Shown here piece after piece: positions 25,491-35,599 of a stretch of DNA of 54,105 bases (its first letter is position 1; the number at the start of each line of letters is the position of its first letter). The translations under genes were made by a program, and so were the position numbers. The notes beneath the pieces are model-generated. The model did not search any database. It worked only from the letters and a program-made list of their open reading frames with translations, and was not told where the DNA came from. Where the stretch lies: assembly GCA_050123235.1 (NCBI GenBank), contig JASFHL010000008.1, positions 1-54,105 on the forward strand, in the 5' to 3' direction. The DNA comes from Candidatus Woesebacteria bacterium (GTDB lineage: Bacteria > Patescibacteriota > Microgenomatia > UBA1400 > PJMF01).

Positions 25491-27332
25491 GTGCAGATAT
25501 CATTTTTTCAGCACCTTGCTGCTTTACTTCGACGATTGAATTTTTTTGGCAAAAATAAATCTCGCCCTTTGTTTGTGTTTTTTTGTTTAATTTGTTTTTT
25601 TTCCTTTAATTTAAATTTCTTAAGATCTGATTTATTTAAAAAATTAAGGATTTTTTCCTCAGTGCAAGCAATTGATCCAGTTGAAGAGTTACAAAAAGAA
25701 ATCAACGAGCTAGAAAAGTTAAAAAAAATGAGTGAAGAGGCCACTAAGCCTCTAGAAAAAGAATTAGCTAGCTTGGAACAAAGAATTAAACATGCTCAAG
25801 ATGGGGTAGTTAAGGCTAAAAATCAAGCTGCTGAATTAGCTAAAAATATTGATAAAAGAGAAGAGGATCTGGCTGTCCAATATTTAATTTTTAAAGAGAG
25901 AGTATCAAAACAATATCAACGCTCTAGGACCTTTTCACCGCTAATGATGATGCTTTCCAGTCACAATGCAGCTCAACTTACCAGAGATCTAATTTATAGC
26001 AGTAGAGTCCAAGCTCAAGATAATCGTTTTATTAAAAATATTTCTGATGATATTGCTCAACTTGAAGTTGATAAGAAAAAACTTGAACAAGATCAAATCA
26101 GACTTGCCCAACTTGAAAAACAATTGGAAGAACAAACTCACTTTTTCAAAAAGGAAATTTCAGGTGCTAAGGCTTACCAGCAGGAATTGACGGGTAAGAT
26201 TGCAGAGCTGTCTGCAAAACAACAAGCAATTATCAATGCTAGATCTGGCACTTATACAACTTCAGTGGGAGAGGTACCCTTGGCTGATGATTTTAATGCC
26301 TCAATTGCTTTTAAAGCCCAAGCTCCTAGCAATTCTTTTGCTGTTTTTAGCTTTGGAGCTTATACTCATCGTAATGGAATGAGTCAATATGGAGCTAAGG
26401 CTAGAGCAGATAATGGGCAATCAGTGGAGGAGATTTTAAAAGCTTATTACCCTGATGCTACTCTTAAGAAAGATTATTCAGCTATGGGTAATATTACGGT
26501 GGATGGCGTAGGTAACATTTCTTTTGAAGATCATTATTTGCAAGGTATTTATGAAATGCCTGCTAGTTGGCATATTAATGCTCTTAAAGCTCAAGCTATT
26601 GCGGCTCGTACTTATGCCATTCGCTATACAAGCAATGGTCAAAGGTCAATTTGCACCACTGAAAGTTGCCAAGTCTTTAAAAATAGCAAAAAAGGTGGCA
26701 ATTGGGAAAAAGCAGTTAATGAAACAAAAGGCTGGGTTTTGGTTGACGGATCAAGCAATCCAGTTTCAACGCAATATGCCTCAACTCATGGTGGTTATGC
26801 CAATAGTAGTGGTTGGGACACCACTGATAAGTCTAATTCCGGCGACTGGAGCAATAGAGCTTGGGAAAATAAAGCAGCTAGTCCTTGGTTTTACAAGTCT
26901 TGGTATCGATCAGGTTATTCTTCATCTGGCGCTAACTGTGGTAGAGCTCACCCTTGGTTATCTCAAGAAGAGTTTGCAGATATTATCAATGCTTGGATAG
27001 TGCGTAAAAATCCCAATGGAGCAGATACCAATCGCATTCAACCTACTACCATTAATCAATGCAATATCGGTGGTCAAGGCGGCGATCCTTATTCGATTTC
27101 AGAGTTAAGAGATATGGCTAATAATTCTGGTGGGGCAGTTACCAGTATTTCTTCTGTTTCAGTCAGCCATGGTGGCAATGGGCAAACTTCCACTGTAACT
27201 CTAGAGACAAATCGTGGTAGCATTAATATCTCAGGGGGTGAGTTTAAAACTACTTTCAATCTTAGGGCTCCTGGATATTTAAGAATTCCTCAAAGTAGTT
27301 TTGCTTTTTTCAATGTGGAACATAAGAAGTAG
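25491..27332 (+). CDS. SpoIID/LytB-domain protein with N-terminal TM helix and coiled coil
   Basis: SQYGAKARA, ALKAQAIAARTYA and CTTESCQVF are SpoIID-domain hallmarks. Residues ~60-250 are heptad-rich (CwlO-like). GTG start, with TATAAT at 25479-25484. Confidence 0.8.
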   Translation: MQISFFQHLAALLRRLNFFGKNKSRPLFVFFCLICFFSFNLNFLRSDLFKKLRIFSSVQAIDPVEELQKEINELEKLKKMSEEATKPLEKELASLEQRIKHAQDGVVKAKNQAAELAKNIDKREEDLAVQYLIFKERVSKQYQRSRTFSPLMMMLSSHNAAQLTRDLIYSSRVQAQDNRFIKNISDDIAQLEVDKKKLEQDQIRLAQLEKQLEEQTHFFKKEISGAKAYQQELTGKIAELSAKQQAIINARSGTYTTSVGEVPLADDFNASIAFKAQAPSNSFAVFSFGAYTHRNGMSQYGAKARADNGQSVEEILKAYYPDATLKKDYSAMGNITVDGVGNISFEDHYLQGIYEMPASWHINALKAQAIAARTYAIRYTSNGQRSICTTESCQVFKNSKKGGNWEKAVNETKGWVLVDGSSNPVSTQYASTHGGYANSSGWDTTDKSNSGDWSNRAWENKAASPWFYKSWYRSGYSSSGANCGRAHPWLSQEEFADIINAWIVRKNPNGADTNRIQPTTINQCNIGGQGGDPYSISELRDMANNSGGAVTSISSVSVSHGGNGQTSTVTLETNRGSINISGGEFKTTFNLRAPGYLRIPQSSFAFFNVEHKK

Positions 27333-27335
27333 TTT

Positions 27336-28112
27336 TTATCTTGATCTTGCTGCTAGGAGATCTTTAAGGCGATATTTATCTAAATTCCTTTGTTGGGCTT
27401 TGCGCTCTGCTGCAAATTTTTCTTTTAGATTACTAGAACTTAAGGGTCTAGATTCTGTTTTTTGATATCGAGTACTAGGACGTTTGGGATATTCACTTGC
27501 TAAGTCATTCCAAGGAGTTGGTTTTTGTTTGATAGCTTTTTTAGTTTTAAAATCTGAGACAGAAGTTCTAGTTTTACTTTGAGCAAAGCTTTTTTGTCTA
27601 AACTCCTGAGGGCTAATCCGACGGCTGGGAATAGGTCTAGTTCCGCTAAGAGTCAGCCTAGCTTCCGAGCCAGTAGCTTTTTCTTTTTTTTGTTTGGGTT
27701 CTTTTAAAGCTTGCTGTAGTTTTTGGTAGATTTCATCTCCGGAAAGTGAACTCTGTGCTCTATGAGGAGATTTTTTAACGAGATCAGTTAAATTAACTGA
27801 TAGCTTTTTATCAGAAATTTGTTCTTCGCTGACTTCTCCTTGGAGATAAGGAGTGACAGGGCTATTATTTTCAGTTTGAGAAAAAGTTTGATTTTTTTTA
27901 GTCTTACCTTGACTGAACTTGCCCTTTTTATATGGTGTGATCATAGCCAAGGGTTTTGAACGATAAAGTAAAAGATATTGCTTTCCTCTTTTTAAACCTT
28001 TGCGAATAGGTCCAAAATTCTCACGGAACTGTTTCATGGAGACAATGTTCATATGAGATAAGTTTATCTTAAGATTATCTTTGTGGTCAATGAGAAAATT
28101 ATTTTTATTCAC
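27336..28112 (-). CDS. Phd/YefM-like N-terminal domain fused to a long basic disordered tail
   Basis: MNIVSMKQFRENFGPIRKGLKRGKQYLLLYRSKPLAMITPY fits the Phd/YefM antitoxin fold pattern. That Met is at 28052 and may be the true start. The rest is K/S/P/Q-rich. Confidence 0.6.
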   Translation of the reverse strand: MNKNNFLIDHKDNLKINLSHMNIVSMKQFRENFGPIRKGLKRGKQYLLLYRSKPLAMITPYKKGKFSQGKTKKNQTFSQTENNSPVTPYLQGEVSEEQISDKKLSVNLTDLVKKSPHRAQSSLSGDEIYQKLQQALKEPKQKKEKATGSEARLTLSGTRPIPSRRISPQEFRQKSFAQSKTRTSVSDFKTKKAIKQKPTPWNDLASEYPKRPSTRYQKTESRPLSSSNLKEKFAAERKAQQRNLDKYRLKDLLAARSR

Positions 28113-29949
28113 CCCTCAAATATTTGGCTGACCATGGTTGGTAACTAGAGTAATAAGTATCTTCTCTGATAATATTCCCATCTTTATCTCTAATTACATT
28201 GGTAAATTCAGATTTGATACCACTAGCAGCCCAATCTACTTGCTTGATGACACCTGGTGGTAAAGATGGATCAGGAATATATACTGGCGGTGGAGGAGAG
28301 CGATAACCCCACATTTTGTAATTACTTATTTCGGTACTACGACCATCACTAGTGCCATAGATGGAAATTGTCATATAAAGATTATTACTATCAGTAGTAC
28401 CAGTGATCAATAAATGCTTACCTGTATCATTAATAAAGCGCAGATCAATGTCTCCTGCATAAACAGTAGCATCAAAGCCAGGTTTATTATCTAATTCATA
28501 GTAACTAACCCGATAACTGTGAGCCTTTCGTTTGCTGACTTCTAAGCCAGCATCCAGGATTGCTCGAAAAGTAGTGGTGCTGACTTGACAAACTCCTCCG
28601 CCATCACCAAGCACGGTTCTACCTCCTTGGATCACGTAAGCTGGTTTATATCCAGTTTTGCTAGAAACTTCACCAAGGGTTTTATTAAAAGAGAATTCAG
28701 TGCCAGGAGGCACAATATGATTACTAATTTTTTCAGTAGTAATGCGCACGTTATGAATCCTGCTAGGGATTGAGTGAGCATAAAAGCTATCTCCAAAACC
28801 AATTAGTTCATTAATACCTAAATTATTGGTATCTGCGAGAGTTACTTCCGGTTCTTTAACTTTTACTGCCAACTTAAGTTCAAAATCCTCTTGATTATTA
28901 TTTTCATCATTGGCAGCGTTTTCAATTGCTGCCATAACGTTGACTAACTCTTGTTTAGTTTTTGTTTGATCTAAAGTTAGACCATTTTTATGAGCTTTAA
29001 ATTCATAGACTTCCAAAGTTTGAGGATTGTAAGAAAAGACAGCGTTACTGGGTTCTCTGGTAACTTTTGTTTCCCATTCTTGTAACAAGCTGCCAATTTT
29101 ATTGTCTGAAAGGCCAGCAGGAAAACTAAGTAATCTTACAAGATCTTTATCTTCTAGAAAGATTTTAACATCATGAGTCTGAGCAATAATCCTTTTACCT
29201 ACAAATTTTTTAGCTCGAGCTAAAGCAAGTTGACTCTCTTCTTCATTTAAGACAGCACTAGTGGAAGCTACAAAAGCATCTACAGAGATTAAGTATTCTT
29301 GATCATCAGATAATTGATTGATTGCATCTTGAGTTTCTTTTTTTTTGACTGTTTCTAAGATACGATCAACTGTTTGAGCTAATTCTAAATTTTTACCATA
29401 AGCACCAGGGTTAAGCTTGAGGCTGTTGGGATTATTGCTATAAACCAGCTCAATACTAGGTTCAACTCCTTCCAGATCAACTTTTTCTTTTAAAGATTGG
29501 ACGATTTTTTCTAAATCACTTTGCTTGTAACTAAGTTGACTGTAAAAATGCTTGGGTGTTTTTAGCAGCAGCAGCGCATTGAATAAACGTTTGAGAGGAA
29601 AGCCCACTCGATTTACTTCATATGCTTCAGACAGGACAGTTTGATAATTTATGATTGGTTGAAGTTCATGGTTTTGAGAAATAGCTTTAATTTCTTCGGT
29701 AACGATCTCTAAACTAAGATTGGGAGTTTGCTTTGAGCTTTGTAATTTAGGCAAAGCTTCTTTTTTAGTTAGGCCGGCTAACTCAATTCCATCAACATAT
29801 ATCCCAGGATAAAATTTATCTTGATAGCTAAAGAAGAAAATAGAGATAGCAATGATGCTTGCAGTAAAAACTGACAGAACAAGCACAGCTAACAAGTACT
29901 CAATCTTCTTCATGTAAGCTAAGTTAATATTGAGCTTAAAGATATACAT
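28105..29949 (-). CDS. VanW family protein with G5-like C-terminus
   Basis: GGGVCQVSTTTFRAILDAGLEVSKRKAHSYRVSYY...GFDATVY...DLRFINDT is the VanW core. There is an N-terminal TM anchor. An alternative start is MKKIEYLL at 29913. Confidence 0.8.
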   Translation of the reverse strand: MYIFKLNINLAYMKKIEYLLAVLVLSVFTASIIAISIFFFSYQDKFYPGIYVDGIELAGLTKKEALPKLQSSKQTPNLSLEIVTEEIKAISQNHELQPIINYQTVLSEAYEVNRVGFPLKRLFNALLLLKTPKHFYSQLSYKQSDLEKIVQSLKEKVDLEGVEPSIELVYSNNPNSLKLNPGAYGKNLELAQTVDRILETVKKKETQDAINQLSDDQEYLISVDAFVASTSAVLNEEESQLALARAKKFVGKRIIAQTHDVKIFLEDKDLVRLLSFPAGLSDNKIGSLLQEWETKVTREPSNAVFSYNPQTLEVYEFKAHKNGLTLDQTKTKQELVNVMAAIENAANDENNNQEDFELKLAVKVKEPEVTLADTNNLGINELIGFGDSFYAHSIPSRIHNVRITTEKISNHIVPPGTEFSFNKTLGEVSSKTGYKPAYVIQGGRTVLGDGGGVCQVSTTTFRAILDAGLEVSKRKAHSYRVSYYELDNKPGFDATVYAGDIDLRFINDTGKHLLITGTTDSNNLYMTISIYGTSDGRSTEISNYKMWGYRSPPPPVYIPDPSLPPGVIKQVDWAASGIKSEFTNVIRDKDGNIIREDTYYSSYQPWSAKYLRGE

Positions 29950-29987
29950 AATCTATAATTGATTAATATTGTGAACACAAAACCTAT

Positions 29988-31709
29988 ATGCCTAATTCTA
30001 AACTGCCTAAACCAACATTACCATCGAAAGTTAAAAAACCTCAAATAAAGGCTAATCCTGCATCCTTAGCAAGTCCTAAACTTCCGGGCCAAAATAAACA
30101 GAGTAATCAGGCTGGCCAGGTAGCTTCTGCTGCCCAAGCAGCTAGCAAGGTTCCTAGCCCCAGTTTAAGGCAAGTTGAATCTAATGCTAAAGACGCTCCT
30201 AAAGCAAAATTAAGGGCACCCTTGGGTATGGGTAACAGACCAGCCAAACTAATGAGTAGACAAAACTTGCCTAAATCTAGTGCTCAACTTGGGGCTGCTG
30301 GTACTACTGGGGTTGATAAAGAAGGAGCTGCTTCAGCTCAAGCTAGTAAAAAAGGAGTCACTTTTGCTAAGCCTAAAAGTCCTTTGCAAAGATTTTTACC
30401 CTTGATTATTGCTGGAGCAGTGATTGTCTTAGTTTTTTTTGTGCTTGTTTCTCTGTTTGGCGGAAAAAAGAAAACAGCAGACTCTGTTTCAAATGGGGAT
30501 TCCAAAAGCACAAGCAAAGCTAGTCAGATAGTTTTAAATTATTGGGGTTTGTGGGAGCAACCAGCTGTTTTTCAAGAAGTGATTGAAGAGTTTGAAAAAG
30601 AAAATCCAAATATTAAAATTTCTTATAAAAAACAATCTCACAAAGATTACAGAGAGCGTTTACAGACAGCCATTGCTTCTGGCAATGGGCCTGATATTTT
30701 TCGTTTCCATGCCTCTTGGACACCGATGCTGGGTCAAGAGTTATCTCCCATACCAACTGATATCATGACTGCTGAAGAGTATAAAAAGATTTTTTATCCA
30801 GTAGCAGCTACACAGTTAAAATATGGTGGACAAATGATAGGTATTCCATTGATGTATGACGGCTTGGCTTTGTATTACAACAAAGAAATGTTGAAAACAG
30901 TCAATGCTGAGCCACCAAAAACTTGGGTGGAATTGACGGCTTTGGCTAATGATCTGAAATCTTTTTCTCCTGGTTCTACTTCAAAATTACAACGAGCAGG
31001 TTTAGCGATTGGCACTACCAGCAATACAGAACATTTCTCAGACATTTTAGCTTTGTTAATTTTTCAAAATTTAGGTAATCCCATGGAGCCTATATCCAGG
31101 GAAGTTAGAGAAGCAATTGTTTTTTATACTGATTTTATCAATGTGCACAAGGTTTGGGATGAATCTTTACCCAATTCAACAGTGGCTTTTGCTAGGGAAG
31201 AAGTGGCAATGATTTTTGCTCCGTCTTGGCGTGCTCATGAGATTGAAGATATGAATCCTGATTTGGAATTCGGCATTGCTCCAGTGCCCAGCTTGGGACA
31301 GGAAAAAGTTGCCTGGGCGAGCTATTGGGCTGAAGGAGTGAATACTAAGAGTGAACAAAAGCAAGCAGCTTGGAAATTTTTGAAATTTTTAGTAAATAAA
31401 GAAGTGATGAGAAAAATGTACTCAGCTCAAAAACAAGAAAGAAGCTTTGGTGAAATTTATTCTCGAGTTGATATGGCAGAAGAGCTGATTGATGATGAAT
31501 TGGTCTATCCTTTTTTGATTGAAGCACCTAATGCCACAGGTTGGTATATGAGTTCATATACTTTTGATAATGGTATTAATGACCAACTGATTAAGTACTA
31601 CCAAGATGCAGTCAACGCAGTCCTGATGGGTAAGGATGTTGAGGAAACTTTAGAAACTCTTGATCTTGGAGTGAAGGAAGTGTTAAGGCAGTATAGTAAG
31701 AAAAAATAA
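29988..31709 (+). CDS. extracellular solute-binding protein (ABC sugar-type SBP), TM-anchored
   Basis: Disordered N-terminus, a TM helix (LPLIIAGAVIVLVFFVLVSLF), then LNYWGLWE...NPNIKISYKKQSHKDYRERLQTAIASGNGPDIFRFH, typical of family-1 SBPs. Confidence 0.8.
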   Translation: MPNSKLPKPTLPSKVKKPQIKANPASLASPKLPGQNKQSNQAGQVASAAQAASKVPSPSLRQVESNAKDAPKAKLRAPLGMGNRPAKLMSRQNLPKSSAQLGAAGTTGVDKEGAASAQASKKGVTFAKPKSPLQRFLPLIIAGAVIVLVFFVLVSLFGGKKKTADSVSNGDSKSTSKASQIVLNYWGLWEQPAVFQEVIEEFEKENPNIKISYKKQSHKDYRERLQTAIASGNGPDIFRFHASWTPMLGQELSPIPTDIMTAEEYKKIFYPVAATQLKYGGQMIGIPLMYDGLALYYNKEMLKTVNAEPPKTWVELTALANDLKSFSPGSTSKLQRAGLAIGTTSNTEHFSDILALLIFQNLGNPMEPISREVREAIVFYTDFINVHKVWDESLPNSTVAFAREEVAMIFAPSWRAHEIEDMNPDLEFGIAPVPSLGQEKVAWASYWAEGVNTKSEQKQAAWKFLKFLVNKEVMRKMYSAQKQERSFGEIYSRVDMAEELIDDELVYPFLIEAPNATGWYMSSYTFDNGINDQLIKYYQDAVNAVLMGKDVEETLETLDLGVKEVLRQYSKKK

Positions 31710-31782
31710 TTTTATCTGTAATTAAAATCTTGTTCCTAATAATTCTGGTGCTAATTCGCAATTGGCAGTAAAATGTTTTAAT

Positions 31783-32277
31783 ATGAGCGCTAAAAATTTG
31801 GCATCAGAAATTCCTCAAGGCATACTAAACTTTGTCCACAAAGTCCATCAAGAGAAAAAAAAATTAATTTTTGTGACTGGGACATTTGATGTACTTCATT
31901 TTGAACATAAAAGATTTTTAAAAAAAGCTAAAGCTGCCGGTGATTACTTACTAGTAGGGTTGGAATCAGATAAACGAGTTAAGCAGACAAAGGGTGAAGC
32001 TAGACCAGTTAATCGAGCCTTAACTCGGCTTAAAAATCTAAAAAAATTAAAAATTGCAGATGAAGTTTTTATTTTACCAGAAGAATTTTCTGATAGTCAG
32101 CAGCATGAAGAGCTGCTTAAAATAATCAGGCCAGCTGTCTTGGCTGTTTCTTCTCATAGTCCTTTTTTAGCCAAAAAAAAGCAGCTTTTGAAAAAGATTA
32201 ATGGGCGAGTGATTGTGGTGCATGAGTTTAATCCTAATGTCTCGACTAGTAAGTTGATTAGAAAGATGGAGCTGTAG
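31783..32277 (+). CDS. cytidylyl/adenylyltransferase-family protein (TagD/RfaE-domain-II-like)
   Basis: LIFVTGTFDVLHFEHKRFLKKAKAAGDYLLVGLESD resembles the nucleotidyltransferase HxGH region, here HFEH. I prefer the ATG at 31783 to the TTG at 31762. Confidence 0.75.
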   Translation: MSAKNLASEIPQGILNFVHKVHQEKKKLIFVTGTFDVLHFEHKRFLKKAKAAGDYLLVGLESDKRVKQTKGEARPVNRALTRLKNLKKLKIADEVFILPEEFSDSQQHEELLKIIRPAVLAVSSHSPFLAKKKQLLKKINGRVIVVHEFNPNVSTSKLIRKMEL

Positions 32278-32325
32278 TAAATAATATATTACAATTAATT
32301 GACTATTTATTTGCAATGAGGATCA

Positions 32326-32649
32326 ATGATGAAAAAATCATTTTTTATTTTCACTATGCTAGTGCTAATGAGCATGAGCTTGTCAGCTTGCACAAAGTCG
32401 GCTCCTGATTCATCAGGAGGAGCAGGGAGTGAGCAAGGATCAGCCCCTGCAGCTAGTGAAAAGAAAGGTGATACTAGTAAAACTGGGCGGATTGGTGGAG
32501 CTGAAGGTAATTATTTTCTGACTGAAGCTGACCAATCAATTGTGCAGATTAAAAGTTACTCTATTGACTTGGGCCAATATGTTGGACAGACTGTGACTAT
32601 TACTGGTCAGTATAGTGGTGATGAGTTATTTGTGGGGAAAGTAGAGTAA
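32326..32649 (+). CDS. small lipoprotein
   Basis: Signal peptide with the lipobox LSAC (MMKKSFFIFTMLVLMSMSLSAC). Confidence 0.7.
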   Translation: MMKKSFFIFTMLVLMSMSLSACTKSAPDSSGGAGSEQGSAPAASEKKGDTSKTGRIGGAEGNYFLTEADQSIVQIKSYSIDLGQYVGQTVTITGQYSGDELFVGKVE

Positions 32650-32871
32650 AGGACGGTGGAGTTTGTAGTAATCCAATTCTTACATAGCTTTTTGACCAAT
32701 CATTTCAAGATTAGAGTTCCCGCAAAATAAGGAAGGGATGCGTAAGTACTGCTAATTATATAGCTTGAAAAAGAGTTTGCTTATTGGGCTTGCCATGTTT
32801 TGCTTAAAAAAATGCGACACCTTTAGTAAATTGCACTATACATAAAACGACGTTTTTTGTATAATGCAACT

Positions 32872-34059
32872 ATGAAAAAGCGTCGCATTTGGCCCATTTT
32901 GAAAAAAGAAATTAATACGGACGAAATAATTGTGATTACTGGATCTCGGCAGGTAGGTAAAACAACGACCTTAAAGTGGTTACTCAAACAAATTCCAAGT
33001 AATAACAAGCATTATTTTGATTTAGAAAATTTGCGTGATAAAGAATTATTTGAAGTCAAAGACTATAATTCTCTGATTAACGAGTTTCAAAATATAGGTT
33101 TAAAGCTTGATCAAAAGCTCTATTTAACACTCGATGAAATACAAGCTCTCTCCAATCTGCCAAGTGTTGTTAAATATTTATATGACCATTATCAAATCAA
33201 ATTTTTCCTTACCGGCTCAAGTTCATATTACATAAAAAATAAGTTCAATGAGTCAATGGCTGGGAGAAAGATAAATTACGAGATGCTCCCGTTAAGTTTT
33301 CAAGAATTTTTAGATTTTCAAGGAGTTGATTATTCTTTATATGAGGATCCTTGGGTTATAAAATTTTTAGATCCAACTTTTCAAAAACTCAATACCTATT
33401 ATCGAGAATATATTGAATATGGAGGATTGCCTAAAGTTGTATTAACAAGTAGTGTTGATCGCAAAAAAAAACTCCTAGAGGAAATATTTAGTTCTTATAT
33501 TAGGCTCGATGTTAAGAATCTAGCTGATTTTAAGTCAATCTCAGATTTGCGAAGAGTGATTAATCTTTTAGCTGCGAGAATAGGTAATAAACTAAATGTG
33601 ACAGAAATAGCCAATATTACTGGTTTAAATAGAATTACGATAGCTAATTATATTGAGTTTTTGGAACAGACATATCTAATTAGAACCATTCCAGCCTACT
33701 CAAAATCTATTGATATTAAATCTAGATTACAAAAAAAAGTTTATTTTGTTGATACTGGTATTGCTAATGTCAATGCAGATCTTTCCAGTGGCAGTAAATT
33801 TGAAAATACTGTTTGTCATCAGCTGTTTTTTTGGGATGGAAACTTAAGCTATTTTTCTAATAGAGATGGAGAAATTGATTTTATTTTGGAGAATGAAAAA
33901 GAAAAAGGAGCTTTTGAAGTTAAAGAAACGCCAACACAACGAAATTTTACTGCCTTAAAAAGACGAGCAGAACGACTGGGTATTCAAAATTATAGAATCA
34001 TTGGTAAGGAACGATCAGCTAATTTTTCTGATTTCTTGTGGGGTGGTCAAATTAAGTAA
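32872..34059 (+). CDS. AAA-family ATPase with DUF4143-like C-terminal domain
   Basis: P-loop VITGSRQVGKTT and Walker B LTLDEIQ. The length and C-terminal layout are typical of the AAA_14/DUF4143 family. TATAAT at 32860-32865 lies 6 nt before the ATG at 32872, so the mRNA is probably leaderless. Confidence 0.8.
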   Translation: MKKRRIWPILKKEINTDEIIVITGSRQVGKTTTLKWLLKQIPSNNKHYFDLENLRDKELFEVKDYNSLINEFQNIGLKLDQKLYLTLDEIQALSNLPSVVKYLYDHYQIKFFLTGSSSYYIKNKFNESMAGRKINYEMLPLSFQEFLDFQGVDYSLYEDPWVIKFLDPTFQKLNTYYREYIEYGGLPKVVLTSSVDRKKKLLEEIFSSYIRLDVKNLADFKSISDLRRVINLLAARIGNKLNVTEIANITGLNRITIANYIEFLEQTYLIRTIPAYSKSIDIKSRLQKKVYFVDTGIANVNADLSSGSKFENTVCHQLFFWDGNLSYFSNRDGEIDFILENEKEKGAFEVKETPTQRNFTALKRRAERLGIQNYRIIGKERSANFSDFLWGGQIK

Positions 34060-34071
34060 GATTTTATCTTT

Positions 34072-35559
34072 ATGCCAAAATCCTCAACTTTTTTCACCTG
34101 CCAAAATTGTGCGGCTACCTATGCCAAATGGCAAGGGCAGTGTAGTGACTGTGGACAATGGAATACTTTGGTAGAGGAATTGCGTAATCCGGTGTTGGCA
34201 AAGAGCAAAGGTGCAGCCAAGGCTTCAAAACTCAAAAAAGCAGATTTGGATAAATTAACAGTCTCTTTTCCAGAGGTAAAGCTTGTTAGCGAGTCAAAAC
34301 AGCGTTTTTCCACTAGCATTGGAGAATTAGACCGGGTTTTAGGTGGCGGTTTAGTGCCAGGTGCTGTCACTTTGATTGGTGGGGAACCAGGAATTGGTAA
34401 ATCCACATTATTAACGCAAATGATTTTGGGAATGTTGAATGAGAAAAAATTATTAGCACAAGAAAAAGGGCAAAATTTAAAACAAGATTCTATAGTTAAT
34501 GCCAAAAAAATAGCCATAAGCAAACCCGAAGCAATTTTATATATTTGTGGAGAAGAAAGTCCTTCCCAAATTCATTTAAGAATCAGTCGAATTTTGGATA
34601 ATGAACAATTTTTTTTAAAAAACAGCTTGGCTAAAAAATCAAAAAAGCAACTCAAAACAGCATTTGAACAACTTTTGTTTGTAACCAGCACCAATGTTGA
34701 TGAGCTGGTTCAGATTATTGCCCAAAAAAAGCCACAGTTAGTGATAGTTGATAGTATTCAAACTCTTAAAACAGAAGATTTATCAGGTGCAAGTGGCAGC
34801 ATTGGTCAAATCAGAGAATCGAGTGAAAGAATAATTGATATAGTTAAAAATATGGATATAGCCACTTTTTTGGTGGGACATGTCACTAAAGACGGCGCAA
34901 TTGCAGGACCCAAGATTCTTGAACACATGGTGGATGCAGTTTTAGAATTAAGTGGTGAATCATCAGGCCAATTTAGAATGCTAAGAGCCTTGAAAAATCG
35001 TTTTGGTGCTACGGATGAAGTAGGGGTTTTTAAGTTTAGTGATTATGGTTTGGAAGAAGTCAGCAATCCCAGTGAATTGTTTTTGGAAAGTCAGGATCAA
35101 ACAATTCCTGGTACGGCCACTGTCTGTATTATTGAAGGAACTAGGCCGCTTCTGATAGAAGTGCAGGCTTTGGTGCTCAAATCCCAACTAGCTATGCCTA
35201 GAAGGGTAGGCAGAGGTATTGAATTATCAAGAATTCAAGTTTTAACTGCTGTCTTACAAAAGCACTGTCGTTTGCCATTGGGTAGCACAGATGTTTTTTT
35301 AAGTGCGGCTGGTGGTTTCAGAATCAAAGAGCCGGCTGTAGATCTGGGTTTGGCAGTGGCCATTGCCAGTTCACTGAAAAACAAAAAACTGCCTAGTAAA
35401 AGCATTTTCATTGGGGAAGTTGGTTTGTTGGGGGAAATCAGGACTGTTAGTCGTTTGGAAAAAAGAATTAAAGAAGCCAAGAGATTGGGTTTTAAAAAGA
35501 TTATCTCCAGAAAAACACATCAAAAAGTGAGTGAAGTACTGAGGAACTTGGGAATCTAG
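34072..35559 (+). CDS. radA: DNA repair protein RadA/Sms
   Basis: Zinc finger CQNCAATYAKWQGQCSDCGQWNT, Walker A GGEPGIGKSTLL, the KNRFG motif, and a Lon-like C-terminal domain (GEVGLLGEIR). Confidence 0.95.
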   Translation: MPKSSTFFTCQNCAATYAKWQGQCSDCGQWNTLVEELRNPVLAKSKGAAKASKLKKADLDKLTVSFPEVKLVSESKQRFSTSIGELDRVLGGGLVPGAVTLIGGEPGIGKSTLLTQMILGMLNEKKLLAQEKGQNLKQDSIVNAKKIAISKPEAILYICGEESPSQIHLRISRILDNEQFFLKNSLAKKSKKQLKTAFEQLLFVTSTNVDELVQIIAQKKPQLVIVDSIQTLKTEDLSGASGSIGQIRESSERIIDIVKNMDIATFLVGHVTKDGAIAGPKILEHMVDAVLELSGESSGQFRMLRALKNRFGATDEVGVFKFSDYGLEEVSNPSELFLESQDQTIPGTATVCIIEGTRPLLIEVQALVLKSQLAMPRRVGRGIELSRIQVLTAVLQKHCRLPLGSTDVFLSAAGGFRIKEPAVDLGLAVAIASSLKNKKLPSKSIFIGEVGLLGEIRTVSRLEKRIKEAKRLGFKKIISRKTHQKVSEVLRNLGI

Positions 35560-35561
35560 GA

Positions 35562-35595
35562 TTGACACAATTGTACAATATTGTACAATTGTGTC
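35562..35595 (+). promoter_or_regulatory. promoter overlapped by a perfect 32-bp palindrome (operator) of the Phd/PIN operon
   Basis: TTGACA at 35562-35567, a 16-nt spacer, then TACAAT at 35584-35589. The palindrome gacacaattgtacaat|attgtacaattgtgtc spans 35564-35595. The ATG is at 35600. Confidence 0.65.
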
Positions 35596-35599
35596 CACT

